64,000 nt of DNA from Methylophilaceae bacterium (GTDB lineage: Bacteria; Pseudomonadota; Gammaproteobacteria; Burkholderiales; Methylophilaceae). Below the pieces are notes generated by a model, which was given only the letters and a program-made list of their open reading frames with translations, made no database searches and was not told where the DNA came from. Made by a program: the position numbers and the translations under genes. The DNA is taken from positions 4,041 through 68,040 of the forward strand of contig DATCJT010000062.1 in NCBI GenBank assembly GCA_036562645.1. Reading direction: 5' to 3'. Of the stretch, positions 28,384-37,690 are shown piece by piece; positions within the stretch are counted from its first letter, which is position 1; every line of letters begins with the position of its first letter.

Positions 28384-29418
28384 CTAATTGCCCGATGTCT
28401 TGGGCAACGGGTTGGCGAAAGTGAACGCGTCGGAGAAGAACTCCTCGGCAGGCAGGCCATGCGCCTGAAAAGCCAGATGCGCGATATCCACCATCTGCGG
28501 CGCACCGCAGCAATAGACCTGATAGTCATCCAGTCTGTCGAAATCCTCCATGACGGCCACATGCACGAGGCCGGTGCGGCCCTGCCACTCGTCCGTTTCC
28601 AGCGGCTCCGACAGCACGGGCGTGTAGCGGATGTGAGGATGCTCTTCCTGCCACTTCAGCGGCAGTTCATGCATGTAGAGGTCCTGCCGGGTACGCGCTC
28701 CCCAGTAGAGGTGGATCGGCCGGCGGTGATTATGGTGTAGGGCATGCTCGATGATGCCCTTGATCGGCGCGAAGCCGGTGCCGCCCGCAACGAAGATCAA
28801 GGGCCGATCCGAATCCTCGCGCAGATAGAAGCTGCCGAAGGGGCCTTCCAGACGCAGGATGGCTTTTTCGTGCATTTCGTTGAATACATACTCCGTGAAC
28901 TGGCCGCCCGGCACCAGTCTCAGGTGCAATTCCAACAACTCGTCGTGATGTGGCGGATTCGCCAGCGAGAATGCGCGACGCTTGCCGTCCTTCAGGATGA
29001 ACTCGATATACTGGCCGGCCATGAACTGCAGACGTTCGTTGCTTGGCAGCTTGAGGAACATCACCATGACGTCGTGCGAAACCCTATGCATCTTTTCGAC
29101 GCGGGCTGGAAGTATGCGTGGCTTGATGCCATTGACAGCGCTGATCTCGCGGCATTCGATGACCAGATTGCCCTTGGGGCGGGCACAACAGAGCAGTGCC
29201 ATGCCGGCCTGCTTTTCCATCTCCGTCAGGGTGCCGGGCTGATATTGACCGTAATCGACCTCGCCTTGCAGGATGCGTCCCTTGCAGGCACCGCAGGCGC
29301 CGTTGCGGCAACCGTAAGGGAGATTGAAGCCGGCATCGATGGCGGCCTCGAGAACGGTTTCATCATCATCGGCCTGAAAGGAATGGCCGCTGGGCTGCAG
29401 AAGGACCTGATGGGACAT
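28384..29418 (-). CDS. 2Fe-2S ferredoxin / FNR-like flavin oxidoreductase (CDP-6-deoxy-delta-3,4-glucoseen reductase-like)
   Basis: 344 aa. It has an N-terminal plant-type ferredoxin Cys cluster (CRNGACGACKGRI ... LLCCA), then RAFSLANPP (FAD binding) and GGTGFAPIKG (NAD(P)H binding). Confidence 0.85.
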   Translation of the reverse strand: MSHQVLLQPSGHSFQADDDETVLEAAIDAGFNLPYGCRNGACGACKGRILQGEVDYGQYQPGTLTEMEKQAGMALLCCARPKGNLVIECREISAVNGIKPRILPARVEKMHRVSHDVMVMFLKLPSNERLQFMAGQYIEFILKDGKRRAFSLANPPHHDELLELHLRLVPGGQFTEYVFNEMHEKAILRLEGPFGSFYLREDSDRPLIFVAGGTGFAPIKGIIEHALHHNHRRPIHLYWGARTRQDLYMHELPLKWQEEHPHIRYTPVLSEPLETDEWQGRTGLVHVAVMEDFDRLDDYQVYCCGAPQMVDIAHLAFQAHGLPAEEFFSDAFTFANPLPKTSGN

Positions 29419-29489
29419 GCTGGCTTCCTGAATCTAACAAGTACTTGAATTGATTGATGCAAAAGGGCGGGATTCTAGCATATCCGGAC

Positions 29490-29930
29490 CTAGTCTTCAC
29501 GTCTGAATTCGCCCTCGATGATGTCTGGACAGCTATCGGCCCCCCTGCGTTCATGGCGGTGGTCTGTTTCTGGCTCTGCCGAGAATCGGTTGTTCCCGGC
29601 GGGCCTGGCGGAAGGCAGCAGCAGCAGAACGGCAATGGCGTCGGAGATGATACCCGGCACCATGAGCAGGATGCCGGCGAAGATGTTCCTGGCGCTGCCG
29701 ATGAGCAGCCGGGAAGGGTCTAGACCCGTGCTTAAGCCTTGGGCGAATTTGCTGGAAATCTGCTGCCTTTCCTCCCTGACCAGACGCCAGCCAAGGACGC
29801 CGACCAGAATCAGGTAGCCCAGCACCGGCCAGCCGTAACGGTCGAACAGTTCGACCAATATCCATATCTCGGCAATGGGGAATGCGAGTAAAATCAGCAG
29901 AAGGATCAGTATCGGCATGAAATAATTCAC
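29490..29930 (-). CDS. fxsA: FxsA family membrane protein
   Basis: 146 aa. The N-terminus LLLILLAFPIAEIWILVELFDRYGWPVLGYLILVGVLGWRLVRE matches the FxsA pattern. Confidence 0.8.
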   Translation of the reverse strand: MNYFMPILILLLILLAFPIAEIWILVELFDRYGWPVLGYLILVGVLGWRLVREERQQISSKFAQGLSTGLDPSRLLIGSARNIFAGILLMVPGIISDAIAVLLLLPSARPAGNNRFSAEPETDHRHERRGADSCPDIIEGEFRRED

Positions 29931-29937
29931 CTAAGCA

Positions 29938-30270
29938 ATGACAACGAATCCGAGCAAGACCATTCTGGTCATGACGCATCTGCCCGACCGTGAAAGTGCG
30001 GAACGGATGGCAGAATCTCTGGTGGAGCAGCGACTGGCTGCCTGTGTAAACATCCATGCAGCCTGTACTTCAATCTATCATTGGCAGGGGAAAATCGAAA
30101 GAAGCGATGAAATCCCGCTGCATGCAAAAACGACGCTGGATCGCTATGACGCGCTGGAAGCAGCCATACGTGCCATGCATCCCTACGAACTTCCGGAAAT
30201 CGTCCATGTCCACTTGGATGGTGGCGAGCACGGCTACATTCAATGGATAGAACAGGAAACACGGGCGTGA
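29938..30270 (+). CDS. cutA: Divalent-cation tolerance protein CutA
   Basis: 110 aa with LAACVNI...SIYHWQGKIE...HPYELPEI. It lies upstream of dsbD, as in many proteobacteria. Confidence 0.9.
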   Translation: MTTNPSKTILVMTHLPDRESAERMAESLVEQRLAACVNIHAACTSIYHWQGKIERSDEIPLHAKTTLDRYDALEAAIRAMHPYELPEIVHVHLDGGEHGYIQWIEQETRA

Positions 30271-32102
30271 ATCTTTTTGCAGTACGGCTTGGGCAATATC
30301 TGCAGGCGTTGGTTCTTGCCTGCGTTTTCATGACCCAGCCGGTATCGGCGGCTGGCGTCAGCAGTATCGGAGGGGGTGCCGGCGCTTTTCTGGCGAACAG
30401 TAATGCGGAAGAGGTGTTGTCGCCGGAGCAGGCGTTCAAGGTCGAGCTGGCGGCTCAGGGCGATCGTACGTTGCGCGCCGATTTCCTGATTGCGCCCGGC
30501 CATTACCTGTACAGGGACCGCTTCCGTTTCGAGCTGCTGACACCGGGTGCGGAACTGAAGGATGTCGAACTGCCGGATGGCGTTGCCAAGGAGGACCCGA
30601 CGTTCGGCCTGACCGAAGTCTATTTCGATTATGTCAGCGCTCTTCTGCATCTGGGCGAGAATACCCGCTTCCCGCTCGAATTGCGGGTGACGCATCAGGG
30701 CTGCAGTTCCAGCGGCCTGTGCTACGCACCGATACGCACCGATTTCACGATAGATGCTTCCGGCAATGTGCAGTTGGTGCCTACCGCATCAGCCGCAGGG
30801 CAAGTTGCCGCCGTCAGCGAAAGCGAGCGCATCGTCAGCTTGCTGAAGGATGGCAAGCTGTGGCTGATCGTGGCCGGCTTCTTCGGTTTCGGTCTGCTTT
30901 TGTCGATGACGCCATGTGTCCTGCCGATGATACCGATACTGTCCGGCATCATCGTTGGCGGCAAGAAGTTCAGCCGTTTGCACACATTCAACCTGTCGCT
31001 TGCCTACACGCTCGGCATGGCGCTGACCTATACGCTGCTCGGAGTTGTCGCAGGTCTTTCAGGACTGATGCTGAACGCCGCCCTGCAAAATCCGCTGGCG
31101 CTGGGGTTCGGCGCGCTGGTTTTCGTGTTGCTGGCGTTGTCCATGTTCGGCTTCTATGAGTTCAGGCTGCCGAGCGTGTTCGAAAGCCGCGTGACGGCGC
31201 TGGCCAATCGCATCAAGGGCGGCCATTTTCTCGGCGTGTTCCTGATGGGGGCATTGTCCGCACTGATACTCAGCCCCTGTGTTGCAGCACCGCTGGCCGC
31301 CGCCTTGCTCTACATCAGCCAGACGCATGACGTCGTTCTGGGAGGAGTTGCCCTGTTCGCGCTGTCCATGGGCATGGGTGTGCCCCTGCTGCTGATAGGC
31401 GCTTCTGCCGGCGATCTGTTGCCGCGCGCCGGCGCCTGGATGAATGCCGTGCGCAATTTCTTTGGCGTGGTCATGTTGGCGATGGCGCTATGGTTGGTGT
31501 CGCCGCTGTTGCCGGCAGCCGTACAGCTGATTCTGTGGGCCGCGTTGCTGATCGTGCCGGCAATCTACATGCACGGACTGGATGCGTTGCCGCCCAATGC
31601 CGGCAAGTGGCAGAAATTCTGGAAAGGTATCGCCATCATCATGCTGGTGATCGGTGTGTCGCTGCTGGTCGGGGCGATGTCCGGTGCCAGGTCACCGCTG
31701 CAGCCGCTGGCGGGCCTGCGCAGCGCTGCTGCCGAACCTGCAGGGCTGTCATTCCAGCCGGTGAAATCGCTGGCCGAGTTCGAAGCGAAGCTGCAGTCAT
31801 CGTCCGGCAGACTGGTCATGCTGGATTTCTATGCCGACTGGTGCGTGACATGCAAGGAGATGGAGCTGTTCACTTTCAGTGACGCGCGCGTGCAGGCGCG
31901 GCTCAGAAATGCCGTGTTGCTGCAGGCGGACGTGACGGCGAACTCGGCGGAGGATACTGCGCTGCTCAAACGGTTCGGTCTGTTCGGCCCACCCGCCATC
32001 ATCTTCTTTGATGAAAGCGGCAAGGAAATCACGTCGATGCGGGTCATCGGCTTCGAGAATGCCGAACGCTTCCTGCAGACACTACAACGGACCAGTCTCT
32101 GA
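30243..32102 (+). CDS. dsbD: Thiol:disulfide interchange protein DsbD
   Basis: 619 aa. It has a periplasmic N-domain, a multi-TM core with CVLPMIP and SPCVAAPL Cys motifs, and a C-terminal thioredoxin fold YADWCVTCKEME. An alternative GTG start at 30267 overlaps the cutA stop. Confidence 0.93.
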   Translation: MDRTGNTGVNLFAVRLGQYLQALVLACVFMTQPVSAAGVSSIGGGAGAFLANSNAEEVLSPEQAFKVELAAQGDRTLRADFLIAPGHYLYRDRFRFELLTPGAELKDVELPDGVAKEDPTFGLTEVYFDYVSALLHLGENTRFPLELRVTHQGCSSSGLCYAPIRTDFTIDASGNVQLVPTASAAGQVAAVSESERIVSLLKDGKLWLIVAGFFGFGLLLSMTPCVLPMIPILSGIIVGGKKFSRLHTFNLSLAYTLGMALTYTLLGVVAGLSGLMLNAALQNPLALGFGALVFVLLALSMFGFYEFRLPSVFESRVTALANRIKGGHFLGVFLMGALSALILSPCVAAPLAAALLYISQTHDVVLGGVALFALSMGMGVPLLLIGASAGDLLPRAGAWMNAVRNFFGVVMLAMALWLVSPLLPAAVQLILWAALLIVPAIYMHGLDALPPNAGKWQKFWKGIAIIMLVIGVSLLVGAMSGARSPLQPLAGLRSAAAEPAGLSFQPVKSLAEFEAKLQSSSGRLVMLDFYADWCVTCKEMELFTFSDARVQARLRNAVLLQADVTANSAEDTALLKRFGLFGPPAIIFFDESGKEITSMRVIGFENAERFLQTLQRTSL

Positions 32103-32105
32103 CGG

Positions 32106-32639
32106 ATGCGGAAAAAGGCTCTGACATACACGGTCTCAGCTCTGCTGCTCGCAGCTGTCGGGATCGCATGTTGGCAATTCCTGACATCGCCGGAACACCG
32201 AGGCGCCTCTACCGAGACATTTTTCGCAGCGGTTCTGGCCGACGTCGAGGGCGGCGTACAGCCCATGTCGCAATGGAAGGGCAAGACCATCGTGGTCAAT
32301 TTCTGGGCGACATGGTGTCCGCCATGTCTCGAGGAAATGCCGGAACTATCCAGGGTCCATGACCGTTATCGGGACCAGGGTCTGGTCGTGCTCGGCATCT
32401 CGTCGGATGATATCGACAGTATTCGTAGATTCACGGTGGAAACCCCGATAAGCTATCCTTTGCTGTCGGCCGAACTGGAGGCCATGCCGCTAAGCGAAAC
32501 GCTTGGCAACAACAAGGGCGTTTTGCCCTATACTGTCGTCATTGCACCTGACGGTCGTGTCGAGCAAAGCCATTTCGGCAAGGTCGATCAGGCACTTTTG
32601 GAACGGATGATACTGCCTTTGTTGCCGGCGGCCGATTGA
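32106..32639 (+). CDS. TlpA-like periplasmic thioredoxin / thiol:disulfide oxidoreductase
   Basis: 177 aa with an N-terminal anchor and the WATWCPPCLEEMPEL active site. It follows dsbD. Confidence 0.88.
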   Translation: MRKKALTYTVSALLLAAVGIACWQFLTSPEHRGASTETFFAAVLADVEGGVQPMSQWKGKTIVVNFWATWCPPCLEEMPELSRVHDRYRDQGLVVLGISSDDIDSIRRFTVETPISYPLLSAELEAMPLSETLGNNKGVLPYTVVIAPDGRVEQSHFGKVDQALLERMILPLLPAAD

Positions 32640-32765
32640 AGACAGCGCTCCGCACGAGGCTGATAATTTCGTTAAATTTCGTCCATTCTATAGACAACAT
32701 CCCCCTAATTGCGGCAAACTTGCAGTTATAAATGACCGCGTCCCGGACTCTCGGGAAGGCAAATT

Positions 32766-33230
32766 ATGGCTGCAAACCACTCAAAATCCATACTCGTCAT
32801 CCACGGCCCCAACCTGAACCTGTTGGGTTTGCGCGAACCGAATCACTACGGAACGGACACGCTGGATAGCATCAACCAGCGGCTGAAGGCGCAGGCGGAT
32901 GCGGCCAATGTCGCGCTGGAGTGCGTGCAGAGCAACAGTGAAGCCGAACTGGTTGATAAAGTGCAGTCATTGGCGCAAAACAGCGTCGATTTTGTCATCA
33001 TCAATCCGGCAGCGTTTACCCATACCTCGGTGGCGCTGCGAGATGCCCTGTCTGCAGTCAGGGTGCCGTTCATTGAAGTACATCTTTCCAATGTGTATGC
33101 GCGTGAACCGTTCCGCCATCACTCATATTTCTCGGATATCGCGGTAGGCGTCATCAGCGGCCTTGGTGCCAAAGGCTACTTCTGCGCGCTGGACTACGCG
33201 ATTTCCCATTTGTCAAAACAACCCGCCTGA
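32766..33230 (+). CDS. aroQ: Type II 3-dehydroquinate dehydratase
   Basis: 154 aa with [21 protein letters not shown] and [16 protein letters not shown] motifs. Confidence 0.95.
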   Translation: MAANHSKSILVIHGPNLNLLGLREPNHYGTDTLDSINQRLKAQADAANVALECVQSNSEAELVDKVQSLAQNSVDFVIINPAAFTHTSVALRDALSAVRVPFIEVHLSNVYAREPFRHHSYFSDIAVGVISGLGAKGYFCALDYAISHLSKQPA

Positions 33231-33265
33231 TTTGCATCAGGCGCTTCATTGTCACAGAGGTCACC

Positions 33266-33727
33266 ATGGATTTACGCAAACTGAAAAAACTGATTGATCT
33301 GGTCGAGGAGTCCGGCATTTCCGAACTTGAGCTGACCGAAGGCGAAGAAAAGGTTCGCATCAGTCGAAACTACCACGGTGGCGCACCGGGTGTGATGCAG
33401 TATCAGCCATACGTGCAGATGCCGGCGCCGGCAGCCCCTGCAGCCGCACCGGCAGCAGCGGAACCTGCCGCAGCAGCCGAGCAGGCCATAGAAGGACATG
33501 TCGTGAAGTCGCCCATGGTGGGCACTTTCTACCGTGCTCCATCGCCTGATGCCAAGCCATTTGTGGATGTCGGCTCGACGGTTGCGGTCGGTGACACGCT
33601 CTGCATCATTGAGGCGATGAAGCTTCTGAACGAGATCGAGGCCGATCAGGCCGGTGTCATCAAGGCGATTCTGGTGGAAAACGGACAGCCGGTCGAATAC
33701 GGTGAACCACTGTTCATTATTGGCTAA
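33266..33727 (+). CDS. accB: Acetyl-CoA carboxylase biotin carboxyl carrier protein
   Basis: 153 aa with an Ala/Pro linker and the biotinylation motif [14 protein letters not shown]. Confidence 0.95.
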   Translation: MDLRKLKKLIDLVEESGISELELTEGEEKVRISRNYHGGAPGVMQYQPYVQMPAPAAPAAAPAAAEPAAAAEQAIEGHVVKSPMVGTFYRAPSPDAKPFVDVGSTVAVGDTLCIIEAMKLLNEIEADQAGVIKAILVENGQPVEYGEPLFIIG

Positions 33728-33736
33728 GGGAGCACT

Positions 33737-35086
33737 ATGTTCGAGAAGATCCTGATCGCCAATCGGGGCGAGATTGCACTGCGCGTGCAACGCGCCTGCC
33801 GTGAACTGGGCATCAAGACGGTCGCAGTCCATTCCGAAGCCGACCGTGAGGCCAAATACGTGCAACTGGCGGACGAATCCGTCTGTATTGGTCCGGCACC
33901 TTCCGGACAGAGCTATCTGAACATTCCTGCCGTCATCAGCGCTGCAGAGGTGACCGATGCGGAAGCGATCCATCCCGGTTACGGCTTTTTGTCGGAGAAT
34001 GCCGACTTTGCCGAGCGCGTGGAGCAGAGCGGTTTCGTCTTTATCGGTCCGCGTGCGGAAACGATACGCCTGATGGGCGACAAGGTGAGCGCCAAGGAGG
34101 CGATGAAGAAGGCCGGCGTGCCCTGTGTGCCGGGTTCCGATGGCGCACTAAGCGATGATCCCGAGGAAATACTGCGTCAGGCGAAGCGCATCGGCTATCC
34201 GGTCATCATCAAGGCTGCCGGCGGTGGTGGCGGTCGTGGCATGCGCGTCGTTTATACCGAGGCGGCATTGCTGGCATCGGTCAATATGACCAAGTCCGAG
34301 GCCCAGGCAGCCTTCGGCAACTCCACGGTCTACATGGAGAAATTCCTTGAGCAGCCCCGCCATATCGAAATCCAGGTGCTGGCTGACCAATATGGCAATG
34401 CCATCCATCTCGGCGAGCGTGACTGCTCCATGCAGCGTCGGCACCAGAAGGTGCTGGAAGAGGCGCCGGCACCCGGCATCAGTCCGCGCCTGCGCGAGAA
34501 GATCGGAGCGCGCTGTGCCGAGGCATGCCGCCGTATCAATTATCGGGGTGCCGGCACTTTCGAATTCCTGTACGAAAACGACGAGTTCTATTTCATTGAA
34601 ATGAACACCCGCGTGCAGGTCGAGCATCCGGTCACCGAGATGATTACCGGCGTCGATATCGTGAAGGAGCAGATTCGCATCGCCGCTGGCGAGAAACTGT
34701 CTATCCGTCAGCGCGATGTCGAATTCAAGGGACATGCCATTGAGTGCCGCATCAATGCCGAGGACCCGTACACCTTCGTACCGTCTCCGGGGCGTATCAC
34801 GACATTCCACATGCCGGGTGGCCCTGGCGTCCGGGTGGATACGCATGCCTATCAGAATTACATGGTGCCGCCGCACTATGATTCCATGATCGGCAAGCTC
34901 ATTACGCATGGCGCCACACGCGAGGAGGCGATTGCCAAGATGCGCATTGCGCTGTCCGAGATTGCGATCGAGGGCATCAAGACCAATATCCCGCTGCATC
35001 GTGACCTGCTGGCGGATGCTGCCTTCCATCTGGGCGGAACCAGTATCCATTATCTGGAAGAGAAACTCGGACTGAGTTCCAAATGA
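33737..35086 (+). CDS. accC: Acetyl-CoA carboxylase biotin carboxylase subunit
   Basis: 449 aa with [17 protein letters not shown] and an ATP-grasp region. It follows accB. Confidence 0.96.
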   Translation: MFEKILIANRGEIALRVQRACRELGIKTVAVHSEADREAKYVQLADESVCIGPAPSGQSYLNIPAVISAAEVTDAEAIHPGYGFLSENADFAERVEQSGFVFIGPRAETIRLMGDKVSAKEAMKKAGVPCVPGSDGALSDDPEEILRQAKRIGYPVIIKAAGGGGGRGMRVVYTEAALLASVNMTKSEAQAAFGNSTVYMEKFLEQPRHIEIQVLADQYGNAIHLGERDCSMQRRHQKVLEEAPAPGISPRLREKIGARCAEACRRINYRGAGTFEFLYENDEFYFIEMNTRVQVEHPVTEMITGVDIVKEQIRIAAGEKLSIRQRDVEFKGHAIECRINAEDPYTFVPSPGRITTFHMPGGPGVRVDTHAYQNYMVPPHYDSMIGKLITHGATREEAIAKMRIALSEIAIEGIKTNIPLHRDLLADAAFHLGGTSIHYLEEKLGLSSK

Positions 35087-35108
35087 TGGCTGCCGGCGGG
35101 AATCAGTA

Positions 35109-36014
35109 ATGGCCTGGCTTTCACTCAGGATCGAGGCGTATGACGATACGGCCGACCTGCTAAGCGATACGCTGATGGAGCTGGGGGCGTTATCGGTCAG
35201 CATCGAGGATGCCAATGCCGAGACGCCGGATGAGCAGCCGATTTTCGGCGAGCCGGGCGATCCGCCGCCGGGTATCTGGCAGCATAATGTCGTCAGTGCC
35301 CTGTTCAATGACGATGTCGATGTGGCGGCCGTCATGGCGAGGCTGACGGAACTGACCGGCCTGCAATTGTCCTACGAGACGGAGGCTGTGGCCGAGCAGG
35401 ACTGGGTGAGGGCGACGCAGTCCCAGTTCGAGCCGATCCGGATTCGTGACGACCTCTGGATAGTACCGAGCTGGCATGACGCGCCCAATCCAGAGGCGCT
35501 CAATATCGTGCTGGACCCGGGACTGGCATTCGGCACTGGTAGCCATCCGACGACCCATCTTTGTCTGGGCTGGCTGGCGGATCATGTCGAGCCCGGCATG
35601 CATGTATTGGACTATGGCTGCGGTTCCGGCATTCTGGCAATCGCTGCTAGAAAACTGGGTGCTGGCCGGGTGATCGGCGTCGATATCGACGAACAGGCCA
35701 TAGATGCTAGCCGTTACAATGCCGAACAGAACCGGGTCGACGCCGAGTTCTACCTGCCGGATCAGATGGCGGCAAACCAGTTGCGGAATGATCCCGCCGA
35801 TCTGGTGGTGGCCAATATTCTTTCCAGTGCGCTTTCGGTGCTGGCGCCTGCTTTGGCGGCTGCCTGCAAGCCGGGTGGCCGCATTGCGCTGTCGGGCATC
35901 CTGCGCGAACAGGAAGAGCAGGTTGCGGCAATCTATGCCGAGTGGTTCGATATGCTGGCGCCTGCTTACATGGAGGGTTGGGTTCTGCTAACAGGTACGA
36001 GGAAATGCGCCTAG
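35109..36014 (+). CDS. prmA: Ribosomal protein L11 methyltransferase
   Basis: 301 aa with FGTGSHPTTHLCL and VLDYGCGSGILAIAA SAM motifs. Confidence 0.93.
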   Translation: MAWLSLRIEAYDDTADLLSDTLMELGALSVSIEDANAETPDEQPIFGEPGDPPPGIWQHNVVSALFNDDVDVAAVMARLTELTGLQLSYETEAVAEQDWVRATQSQFEPIRIRDDLWIVPSWHDAPNPEALNIVLDPGLAFGTGSHPTTHLCLGWLADHVEPGMHVLDYGCGSGILAIAARKLGAGRVIGVDIDEQAIDASRYNAEQNRVDAEFYLPDQMAANQLRNDPADLVVANILSSALSVLAPALAAACKPGGRIALSGILREQEEQVAAIYAEWFDMLAPAYMEGWVLLTGTRKCA

Positions 36015-36988
36015 TCACGTCCTGTCCGCATTGCGAGGCAGCGTTTTATGTCACTTCCGAGCAGTTAGCCGCTCATCGCGGCGACGTGCGTTGCGGCCGC
36101 TGTGACCAGGTGTTCAATGCACTTGACCGGCTGGCGGAGGTGCAGGATGCGCAGCCTGCGCAAGCCGCATTGCCGGATGAGCCACCGGTCGCCGAAACTG
36201 CAGAGTCCGAGCCAAATTCGGAGGCGGAAGCAACAGCGGCGGTGGCGGACGATATTGAAATCATCGCCGAGCAGGATGTACCGGAAAAGGCAGCCGAACC
36301 TGGCGAACCTTTGCCTGACATTGACCAAAGAGAAGCGGCCGATTTTTCCATGAGCCTGCCGGCTATCGAGTCGGCACCATCGGATGGCTTCGCATCCGCT
36401 CAACCCGCTCTTAGCATCACCGATTACAGTGTGCCACCGGCAGCCAGCATCCTGAGCCCGTCCATGATGGATGACGCGGCGCGAAAGCTCGCGGACGGTG
36501 GGAGCAAGAGCGGGTTTGGCCGGTTCATGCTGGTTCTGGCGATACTGCTTCTGATTATCCTGGCACTCGGGCAGGCTGCATATTTTCTCCGTTCCGACAT
36601 CGTGGCGCGCTGGCCCCAGACCAGACCATATCTGGAACGTGCCTGCGTCTTGCTACAGTGCCAGGTAAGGCTGCCGCAGAACGTGGATCAGATCACCATC
36701 GACGATTCCGACCTGAAGGAGGATGCCGAACGTGAAGGGCTGATCCATCTTTATACGGTGCTGGTCAATCACGCCGGCTATCGTCAGGAGTACCCGCTGC
36801 TGGAACTGACGCTGACCGATGCCAACGACAGGCCGGTATTGCGTCGCACTTTCTCCCCGGAGGAATATCTGCCTGCCGGTGCCGATATCCGAAGCGGTAT
36901 TTCAGCAAGGGGGCGCATCGACATTCGGCTGCCGTTGTCAGTCGAGAACTCGACGATCATCGGCTACCGGTTGTTCGTCACGTATTGA
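36005..36988 (+). CDS. Zinc-ribbon (MJ0042-type) plus DUF3426 membrane protein
   Basis: The start is taken at MRLVTSCPHCEAAFYV...VRCGRCDQVFNAL (CxxC...CxxC zinc ribbon). This is followed by an acidic linker, one TM segment (FMLVLAILLLIILALG) and a C-terminal beta-rich domain. This protein is commonly found after prmA in betaproteobacteria. Confidence 0.75.
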   Translation: MRLVTSCPHCEAAFYVTSEQLAAHRGDVRCGRCDQVFNALDRLAEVQDAQPAQAALPDEPPVAETAESEPNSEAEATAAVADDIEIIAEQDVPEKAAEPGEPLPDIDQREAADFSMSLPAIESAPSDGFASAQPALSITDYSVPPAASILSPSMMDDAARKLADGGSKSGFGRFMLVLAILLLIILALGQAAYFLRSDIVARWPQTRPYLERACVLLQCQVRLPQNVDQITIDDSDLKEDAEREGLIHLYTVLVNHAGYRQEYPLLELTLTDANDRPVLRRTFSPEEYLPAGADIRSGISARGRIDIRLPLSVENSTIIGYRLFVTY

Positions 36989-37025
36989 GCCGTGGGCGGC
37001 CTGACCCAATGAAATAAAGGAGGCA

Positions 37026-37050
37026 ATCGCCTCCTTTTTTCACGCCATCC
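37026..37050. terminator. Bidirectional terminator between convergent DUF3426 gene and macrodomain gene
   Basis: AAAGGAGGC-AATC-GCCTCCTTTTTT hairpin. Confidence 0.7.
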
Positions 37051-37053
37051 TGT

Positions 37054-37542
37054 TCAGTCCAGCGGGTCGGTCTTGGGCTTGTCACAGACGTAGATATCGA
37101 TGTCGTACTTGTCCGCCGCTGCCTGCACGATTTTGGACACGTCCTCCCATTTGAGACCGCCGAAGCCGCAGCCGATCCTGGTCATGTAAAGCGGGATCTT
37201 GAGAAAGCTCGCGAAGTCGGCGGCATGATTGACCACGCGCTCGACGGCATTGATGTCGGCATAGACCTTGCCATCGACACCGTAATCCTTCTGCGTCAGG
37301 CCGTTCAGAACGTACAGATCCTTGTCCTCGATCTGTACCTCCACAACACGGCCCAGAATGTTGCGCCCCATCTTTTGCGCAATCTGGCAATAGGAACGAT
37401 AGGGCGGGAAAATCATGGGGAAGGCCGAACGCAATGCGAGAGACTGGCCGAATCCCATGACGCCCCTGGTATTGCAGCCATGAAGTATCACGCCCTGCTC
37501 AAGTTTGGTGAGATCCTGTTCGATTTCAATCAGCTTGCCCAT
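37054..37542 (-). CDS. Stand-alone macrodomain protein (ADP-ribose binding / hydrolase fold)
   Basis: 162 aa. ILHGCNTRGVMGFGQSLAL (the HxxN..G.MG.G phosphate loop) and MTRIGCGFGGLKWEDV (IGxGxxGG) are the two hallmark macrodomain motifs. Confidence 0.75.
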   Translation of the reverse strand: MGKLIEIEQDLTKLEQGVILHGCNTRGVMGFGQSLALRSAFPMIFPPYRSYCQIAQKMGRNILGRVVEVQIEDKDLYVLNGLTQKDYGVDGKVYADINAVERVVNHAADFASFLKIPLYMTRIGCGFGGLKWEDVSKIVQAAADKYDIDIYVCDKPKTDPLD

Positions 37543-37690
37543 GGAAATTCCTGCTTTGTTATTGATTAATCCGGCATACGCATTATGCTACGGGGTGGTA
37601 GCAAGATAAATGCAGCAAATTACGTACCAAAACAGGGCTGCATCACGTAAGCTTCCAGACTTTCATCCCTAATGGCAAGTGTTCTGAAAT

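Noticed and set aside
34148-35335. 395-aa minus-strand ORF antisense to accC/prmA. Similar long antisense ORFs occur at 45973-46875, 48291-49382, 25313-26059, 57658-58173 and 15274-15876.
   Set aside because: All are antisense to strongly supported genes and have biased, motif-free translations. This is expected background in DNA of this GC content.
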